DNA from: Caldisericia bacterium
GTDB taxonomy: Bacteria; Caldisericota; Caldisericia; JAAYUI01
Assembly: GCA_963674785.1 (NCBI GenBank)
Contig: OY771555.1
Span: forward strand, 896,001 to 960,000
Direction: 5' to 3'
Length of the DNA stretch: 64,000 nt
Shown: positions 57,773 to 64,000 of the stretch, in pieces
Layout of the letters: each line of letters begins with the position of its first letter
How positions within the stretch are numbered: position 1 is the stretch's first letter
Position numbers and translations under genes: made by a program
Notes under the pieces: model-generated
The model's database searches: none
What the model was told of the DNA's origin: nothing
What the model saw: only the letters and a program-made list of their open reading frames with translations

Positions 57773-58992
57773 TACTTCCCCCTAAGCTGTTTTACCGCTT
57801 CCCACAAAACTCTCATCAAAGTTTTTATCCTGACATCATCCCTTGTCCCGGTGAAGACTTCCCTGATTACAGATACACCATTCGGTGTGGAAATTCCCAT
57901 ATAGACAAGTCCAACTGGTTTTTCTGCTGTCCCACCTGTCGGACCTGCGATTCCAGTTGTCGATATCGTTACATCAGTTTTAAAGACCCTTTTTGCTCCC
58001 TGTGCCATCTCCTTTGCAACCTGTGATGAAACAGCTCCAAAACTAGAAAGTGATTCTTCAGATACACCGAGAATGTCCATTTTTGCTTGGTTTGAATACG
58101 TTACGGCCGAACCCATAAACACATCAGAAGCCCCGGAAATATCTGTCAGCGTTTTTGCAATCAGTCCACCTGTGCATGACTCTGCTGTTGCAATTGACCA
58201 CCCTTTTTCTCTCAGGATTTTAAGTAAGGTTTCTGGTGCAGGATGGTCGAAAATATGATCCTTCAAAAGTCTTTTGATTTGACCGATAGAGTTACTCGAT
58301 TTCTCATCAAACTCTTTTTCATCACTTGCTAATGTTGAAACTCTCAATCTTATCTGCCCAAGCCCAGCGTATGGGGCAACTGAGATTGGATTTTCTGTAT
58401 TGAGGATGTTCCCCAGAATGTCTGCCATTTTTGATTCAGGTAATCCAAGAACATAAAAATCTCTATGGAATTCTTTTGTATTGGTTTCAAGTGTTGGTAG
58501 AACGTGGTTATTCCACATCGGCTCAAGCTCTCTTGGTGGGCCAGGAAGAAGGATTATTATCTTTCTGTCTTTTTCGATCTTTATTCCTGGTGCTGTGCCA
58601 AAAGAGTTTTGAAGGATAATCGAGTTCTTTGGGATGTGTGCCTGATTGAGATTTGATTTTGGCATCTCAATTCCTCTATTTTTAAAAAAATCTTTAATGG
58701 TGTGTTCAACCTTGTCCGAAAAAACCATCGGTAAGGAGAGGAATTCAGCGACCGCAGATTTGGTCAAATCATCAGGTGTTGGGCCAAGTCCACCCGTCAA
58801 AATAATCAGTTCAGATTCATCAAATAGAACCCTCAGGACTTTTTGAATTTCTGCCTTTAGATCTGGAACAACAGCAGTCATTTTTGGAGAAAAGCCGATT
58901 GAGACCAGAGAATTTACTAACCACTTGGTAGTAGTATTGTTGATGCTACCAGACAAAACCTCGTTACCTACTGCGATAATCGAAAATCTCAT
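57772..58992 (-). CDS. cinA: Competence/damage-inducible protein CinA (MocF plus PncC)
   Basis: GNEVLSG, TGGLGPTPDDLT, AESCTGG, TGIAGPTGG. Confidence 0.95.
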   Translation of the reverse strand: MRFSIIAVGNEVLSGSINNTTTKWLVNSLVSIGFSPKMTAVVPDLKAEIQKVLRVLFDESELIILTGGLGPTPDDLTKSAVAEFLSLPMVFSDKVEHTIKDFFKNRGIEMPKSNLNQAHIPKNSIILQNSFGTAPGIKIEKDRKIIILLPGPPRELEPMWNNHVLPTLETNTKEFHRDFYVLGLPESKMADILGNILNTENPISVAPYAGLGQIRLRVSTLASDEKEFDEKSSNSIGQIKRLLKDHIFDHPAPETLLKILREKGWSIATAESCTGGLIAKTLTDISGASDVFMGSAVTYSNQAKMDILGVSEESLSSFGAVSSQVAKEMAQGAKRVFKTDVTISTTGIAGPTGGTAEKPVGLVYMGISTPNGVSVIREVFTGTRDDVRIKTLMRVLWEAVKQLRGK

Positions 58993-59026
58993 AGGTTTAT
59001 TGTGGATTTGAAATCTAGTATGTCAA

Positions 59027-59851
59027 TTATTCTGATAACTGTTTTCTATGTTTCTCAATGTCAAAAGGTTCGAGATATGCAAAATCAGCTCTCCATTCGT
59101 TTTCTTCAAAAACGAAATCCGCTTTAACAATTGCTTTTTGTTCTGATGTTTCTGGGTCACCGATTGCGATCGTAGCAAATACAAATCCCTTCATCGTTTT
59201 ATCATCATCGATGTATTCTGGTTCTGTAGAAAATGCTGGTCCAATCATGATTACATACTCTTCCTCACGGGGAGTTTTCCCGGAAACGGTTTTTATTGCA
59301 AGCTGTTTGTATTCAGCAATTGTATACTCTTCATGAATCCTTTTACTCGATTTGTCCCAAAGTTTTTCGGTATTTGCATCAAGCATCCAGTCAAAGAAAT
59401 CGAGCGACTCACCTCTGAGTTTGTCTGTTATATAGAAGCCCTTATAGTCCTCAGATTGTTGCTCAGCAACAACATTTGCAACCCACCACTGTTCATCATC
59501 AAGGATCATCGGCAATCTGAAGTCTTGTTCCTGGTCGTCAATTGTCAAAAGTCCGTAAACTGAGGCAGTCTCTCCATCTCGAAAAACTCTGCTATTGTAA
59601 ACATCAAAATGGATTCCAGTATCTGAAATAGAAACATTTGTTTCAGGGTTGATCATATAATCATTGAAAACATCCATGTTCATGTTTTCTCGCATTGCAG
59701 GGGTAAGATAGCTATAGGCCGCTTCGAACTCTCCTTGTTCAATAAGACTCAGATATTCCTTTGCCCTTTGTGACACAATATCTGTGCCACAAGAAACGAA
59801 TAAAACCAATCCCAACAATAACGATACTATCCCTAAAACTCTTTTACTCAT
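59027..59851 (-). CDS. Hypothetical lipoprotein with two NTF2-like repeats
   Basis: FVSC lipobox; EAAYSYL...QWWV and EKLWDK...EWRA halves. Confidence 0.65.
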   Translation of the reverse strand: MSKRVLGIVSLLLGLVLFVSCGTDIVSQRAKEYLSLIEQGEFEAAYSYLTPAMRENMNMDVFNDYMINPETNVSISDTGIHFDVYNSRVFRDGETASVYGLLTIDDQEQDFRLPMILDDEQWWVANVVAEQQSEDYKGFYITDKLRGESLDFFDWMLDANTEKLWDKSSKRIHEEYTIAEYKQLAIKTVSGKTPREEEYVIMIGPAFSTEPEYIDDDKTMKGFVFATIAIGDPETSEQKAIVKADFVFEENEWRADFAYLEPFDIEKHRKQLSE

Positions 59852-59928
59852 GACATTAAGAATATTTTGAATTCCAAATGATTCAACTGCTATAATAGGT
59901 GTCAGAAATAAATGAAAAGAGGAAAATC

Positions 59929-60930
59929 ATGAAACTTGAAGAGCTATATAAGTTAGCAGTTGAAGTTGGAATAAAAAATGACCCCAGAGGAACAGAGGAA
60001 CCAAACAAGCTTCTTTCAAAGATGAAGAAGAAATTTGAAAAAATGGATGAAAAGGACAAGCCATTCTTTGACCAAGACAAGCTTTGGAATCCATACGCGG
60101 ACACTAGAATCCAAAATGGTCCAAACGATGCCGAGGTAAAGAAGATACTTGTTGGTGTAGACATAGACACCTCAGAGGTACTTCTTGCTGATCAGCTCAA
60201 CGAAAGAGGAGCAAAAATTGATGCTGTTGTGTCCCATCATCCAGGTGGTCAGGGATCAATTGGTTTGTCACAGTTGATGCTTATCCAGACAGGGCTTTTA
60301 CAAGCATCAGGAGTTTCAGTAAATGTCGCAGAAGACCTTGTTATCCCACGTGCTGCCGAGGTCGGAGACAGGATTTATTCTGGAAACCACTACAAAACAG
60401 CAAATGCTGCAAGACTTCTTAAAATGCCTTTGATGTCCGTCCATTCTCCTGCGGATAACTGTGTCCAGTCATATTTACAGAAAGAACTAGACAAGGAAAA
60501 ACCAGAAACCCTGGGTGACCTTGTGGATTTTATCCATACAATCCCAGAATATCATCTTGCAAGGCTCAAACAGCTTCCTGCAAAGATTGAAAATGGAAAC
60601 AGAGACAGACTCTGTGGAAAAATCAGAGTTTCAATGACCGGTGGAACAACGGGAAACATCGGAATCTACAAGGAACTCAAAGAGCAGGGTGTGGGGACAT
60701 GGGTTGTAATGCACATTCCACCAGATCATGTTACTGAGGCCAAAAAACACCATATTAATGTTGTAAACGTAGGACATATGGCGTCAGATTCTGTTGGTAT
60801 GAACTTTATCCTCGATGCGTTTGAAGCAGCAGGCGTCGAGATTGTTCCAGCATCCGGAATTATCAGGGTATCGGCAGAATACAGAAAAAACTTCAAAGCA
60901 GGAGAGACCCCTCCACCTGAGATGTACTAA
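59929..60930 (+). CDS. NGG1p-interacting factor NIF3-like protein
   Basis: NPYADTRI, VGVDID, SHHP, HSPADN, GHMASDSVGMN. Confidence 0.85.
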   Translation: MKLEELYKLAVEVGIKNDPRGTEEPNKLLSKMKKKFEKMDEKDKPFFDQDKLWNPYADTRIQNGPNDAEVKKILVGVDIDTSEVLLADQLNERGAKIDAVVSHHPGGQGSIGLSQLMLIQTGLLQASGVSVNVAEDLVIPRAAEVGDRIYSGNHYKTANAARLLKMPLMSVHSPADNCVQSYLQKELDKEKPETLGDLVDFIHTIPEYHLARLKQLPAKIENGNRDRLCGKIRVSMTGGTTGNIGIYKELKEQGVGTWVVMHIPPDHVTEAKKHHINVVNVGHMASDSVGMNFILDAFEAAGVEIVPASGIIRVSAEYRKNFKAGETPPPEMY

Positions 60931-60949
60931 AGGTATTTGTTAGAATACA

Positions 60950-60977
60950 TAAATCCCCACAATTTTGTGGGGATTTA
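60950..60977. terminator. Hairpin terminator (bidirectional candidate)
   Basis: TAAATCCCCACA-ATTT-TGTGGGGATTTA. Confidence 0.75.
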
Positions 60978-61250
60978 CTATTTTTCCGGATTATCAAGTC
61001 TTTGTCCGATCTTTTTGATTTGAAAGCTAAGTATTGTTATCACCACACACAAAATCCCTAAACTCATCGTTAAAACACCCATCGGCACATTGGAAATAGT
61101 CTATTTTCCTATAATCTCTGTTTCGTGAATCAATCTTTCTCGAAACACTCTATGTTCATCATCTGCTCTATGTTTTCTTTCAAAACCCGCCTGCAAAAAA
61201 GCTAACAACACAACAATTATACAACCAGTAAGTATAACTGAATACCACAT
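60978..61250 (-). pseudogene. Possible disrupted small two-TM membrane protein gene
   Basis: GGAGG RBS; MWYSVILTGCIIVVLLAF..., then a frameshift and one TAG before MGVLTMSLGILCVVITILSFQIKK...*. Confidence 0.35.
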
Positions 61251-61327
61251 ACTTTCCTCCGTTATCAAACTATACTAACTATCAGAACGCTTCAGATAGT
61301 TGATAATGGATGCATCCATCAAATCTA

Positions 61328-64000
61328 TTATGGCTGGCTGATTGTGATTGTTGCAGATCGGGTCAATGAATCCCAACCAACCTCTGCTCCCAGCGCCTCT
61401 GTTACGAATCGGAGTGGAACATATGTTCTTCCCTCTCGAATCATCGGACCTGCGTCAAGTTCAACCATCTTGCCATCGACGTCTGCAATCTTAGACCCAA
61501 TTGTGAGAATTATGATTTTTCCACCCATGATGTATGAAACGGTTTCAACTCCACCATCCTCTCCAGTCGTGTATCCAACCTCGGCACCAATTGATTCACC
61601 CAGAAATCTGAAAGGAACCATTGAGCGACCAGCAGAGCTTACAAATGGAGTTCCCTTGCAATCCATCTCGATTCCATTGACTTTTGCTGTTGCTTTACCG
61701 ATTGTAAAGACTACAACTGTTTTTTCTGGTCTGAGGTCAGCTTTTACTGTTAAACTCTTGCCTTTCTCACCATCACGTTCGGGATAGACCTCATATTTAT
61801 TCAACCCATTTCGAACAAACTCGGAGTCGATATAATAGGTATCTTTTACTTTTGCAATCTCAACACCATTTCTCAAAATGATGTAATGTGTTCCTTCTTG
61901 TTTTCCTTGCCAATAGAGCATGATTGAGTTTTCGGCGACATCTGTTTTTAGTTCAGTTATTTCAACTATCGGTGGTGCAAGATTAACAACAATTTGGGTT
62001 GCTTCGCTTTCCACTCCTCCTATTTTTGCTGTGATACTGTATGCCAATTTTTGTTTTGGGGCTGAGTTATCTTTGTAGTATTTTTCAGTCGTTTCCTCTA
62101 AAAATTCATCATTTCTGCTAATTTCATATGTAGCATTATCATCATGATCCCAGATGAGCATCACAGAATCCCCAATCATCTCATATCTGAGATTGGTTAC
62201 AGGGTTTACCTTGTCTGGTTTGTTTTCAAAGATCACAAACGCCTCAGGACCGATTTCATCACCATTAAGTGGAAATACCTTATAAATGAGTTGTGTCCTT
62301 GGTGGATTTTCGTGGGTATATGTTTTTTCAGATGTCTTGCCAGTTTCTTCCCCATTGCACTCAATCTTGAATTCAACATCCTGCTCAGATTCCCAAGTAA
62401 GAATTATGTCACCGTCTTTTTTCTCTGCCTTCAAGTTTGTAACAGCCTTGAGTTTGAGTGGGATTGTGATGCTTACAGGATCGCTCATATCCGAATAAAG
62501 TTGATCTTTTGCAATTGCGACAACTGCGTAGTTATATGTTTTCCCCGGTTCAACATCAGAGTCCTTCAGATTTGTTTCCTTTACCATTGATTTATTCATC
62601 TCGGTATTTGGGAGAGGGGTATCCTGACCAATGCTTTTAAAGACATTGTAGCCAACAGTTTCAGCACCTTCTTCGGATTTTTTCCAGTTGAGTTCAACAT
62701 GGTCATAAACCCAAACGGCAGTCAAATCTGTTGGTGGATTTGGTGGTTCAGGCTGAGGTTCTTCTGGTTCCTCCTCTGTCACGGTTATGTTTGCAGTTAC
62801 AAACCCAAGTGTTCTGTGTCCGTATTCTCCGTCCATGATAAAGATTTCCAGTTGACCTGAGTAATTTCCTGGTCTGTTGTTTCCTGCTTTTATTTTCACT
62901 CTGATTGTTGTTTCTTCCCCTGCAGGGAGAGGCAACACTTCAACTGTTGGTTCCATAAGGGATCCGCCGTCAAAGAGAAGCTCAAGGTCAACCTTACCTT
63001 CATTGCTTAGTCTGACCTGTCTTGTGGTTTCACCTCTCCATGGGATGCTCACGTTGAAACTTTTGTCTTTGATGAGAAGCTTTGGTTCCTGATCTTTCGG
63101 CCTTGGTTGTTTTCCATAACAAAAAACCGTTCTGGTTCGATATTTTTCGTTGCTTCCAAACTCGACAAACATTCGTTTCCAAGCAACTACCGGTTGATAT
63201 ACATACTCAGCCTCTTCACCAAAAAGAACCTTGTCGATTATCTCACCAGTATCGGGTGAAACGATGTATACACCAGCAATTTCAGCATCTGAACTGGCAA
63301 CTGGAACAAGCAATTTATCATCCATCACAGTTAAGGCATCAGTGACCTTTCCAGGCATATCTACATCCCAGATGATGTCACCATTTATCTTGAATCTGAC
63401 AAGGCGCCCTCTGTCATTTCCAATCACAAGGCTGTCCCCATAAACAGATGGCCCGTGGAAACACCATGAACCTACATCAATTATCTCTTCAGAGCTTGCA
63501 CCAGCTGGTTTTGGTAATGCGATAATCTCACCACCTGCAGCTGTATAGATCATGTATTTATCAAAAGCAACGGTCGGTGCCCAGAATTGAGTTGAGATTT
63601 CATATGATTCTTTGATTCCACCATATCCTTCTGCAAGAAGTTTCAGATCATAGTGACCAGCCATCCCGACCGTGCTTGCAACATCATTTACACCGGGGGC
63701 TGCAACTACTGCTCTTTCATGTCCGATTCTCCAGCCTGATTTTGGGGTGTCGAGTCTTACTCTATGTACCGCACCTGTTTGTGAGTAGGAGGAAAAATAT
63801 CCGTAGATTTCTTCGTTTTTTAGGAGTGCTGCAACAGAAGACATGTGGCTGTCCCCGCTTGATGCGTACCATACAATCTCACCTGTTGCCATGGATAGAG
63901 CAAGATATCTTGATTGAAGGGGTACTATGACAGTATCGCCAAGGATCGTGCAAGATTCTGTGCAAGCCTCAGAAAGTTCAAGACTCCACATCTGACTTCC
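61328..64000 (-). CDS. Large surface protein: PQQ-like propeller, Ig/FN3 repeats, C-terminal copper-amine-oxidase-N (stalk) domain; 5' end outside the window
   Basis: TGEIVW and GDIIW propeller motifs, PPNPPTDL...YNYAVVA FN3, GRSMVPFRFL and GRTYVPLRFV. Confidence 0.8.
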   Translation of the reverse strand, partial: GSQMWSLELSEACTESCTILGDTVIVPLQSRYLALSMATGEIVWYASSGDSHMSSVAALLKNEEIYGYFSSYSQTGAVHRVRLDTPKSGWRIGHERAVVAAPGVNDVASTVGMAGHYDLKLLAEGYGGIKESYEISTQFWAPTVAFDKYMIYTAAGGEIIALPKPAGASSEEIIDVGSWCFHGPSVYGDSLVIGNDRGRLVRFKINGDIIWDVDMPGKVTDALTVMDDKLLVPVASSDAEIAGVYIVSPDTGEIIDKVLFGEEAEYVYQPVVAWKRMFVEFGSNEKYRTRTVFCYGKQPRPKDQEPKLLIKDKSFNVSIPWRGETTRQVRLSNEGKVDLELLFDGGSLMEPTVEVLPLPAGEETTIRVKIKAGNNRPGNYSGQLEIFIMDGEYGHRTLGFVTANITVTEEEPEEPQPEPPNPPTDLTAVWVYDHVELNWKKSEEGAETVGYNVFKSIGQDTPLPNTEMNKSMVKETNLKDSDVEPGKTYNYAVVAIAKDQLYSDMSDPVSITIPLKLKAVTNLKAEKKDGDIILTWESEQDVEFKIECNGEETGKTSEKTYTHENPPRTQLIYKVFPLNGDEIGPEAFVIFENKPDKVNPVTNLRYEMIGDSVMLIWDHDDNATYEISRNDEFLEETTEKYYKDNSAPKQKLAYSITAKIGGVESEATQIVVNLAPPIVEITELKTDVAENSIMLYWQGKQEGTHYIILRNGVEIAKVKDTYYIDSEFVRNGLNKYEVYPERDGEKGKSLTVKADLRPEKTVVVFTIGKATAKVNGIEMDCKGTPFVSSAGRSMVPFRFLGESIGAEVGYTTGEDGGVETVSYIMGGKIIILTIGSKIADVDGKMVELDAGPMIREGRTYVPLRFVTEALGAEVGWDSLTRSATITISQP

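Noticed and set aside
1-64000. CRISPR array, tRNA or rRNA genes
   Set aside because: No regularly spaced identical repeats or recognisable tRNA/rRNA sequences were seen; the palindromic repeats are dispersed, not arrayed.

Overview
Bacterial chromosomal window of low-to-moderate GC, with no rRNA, tRNA or CRISPR array seen. The copper-amine-oxidase-N/stalk-domain and PQQ-propeller surface proteins are reminiscent of Caldisericia-like anaerobes (inference only). A core block (rpsB-tsf-pyrH-frr-uppS-cdsA-dxr-rseP-ispG-hflX, then typA, etfBA, gdhA, dnaB, cinA, NIF3) is interspersed with accessory segments. The most notable is a compact RiPP-like locus at 51930-54164 on the minus strand. Four tandem paralogous 67-69 aa peptides share a gap-free, internally duplicated 50-aa leader and carry hypervariable Cys/aromatic pentad cores, and they are followed by a radical SAM/SPASM enzyme. 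Other highlights: a Type IIG R-M gene carrying an in-frame DUF559 nuclease between cloverleaf palindromes; a DUF3800 gene with a convergent, promoter-driven structured ncRNA, flanked by a 53-bp direct repeat; two 149-bp MITE/REPIN-like elements; a shared GTGACA-N6-TGTCAC-N11-(-10) promoter motif; a poly-G promoter spacer; and many apparently leaderless genes. All domain calls come from motif recognition by eye; no database searches were run.
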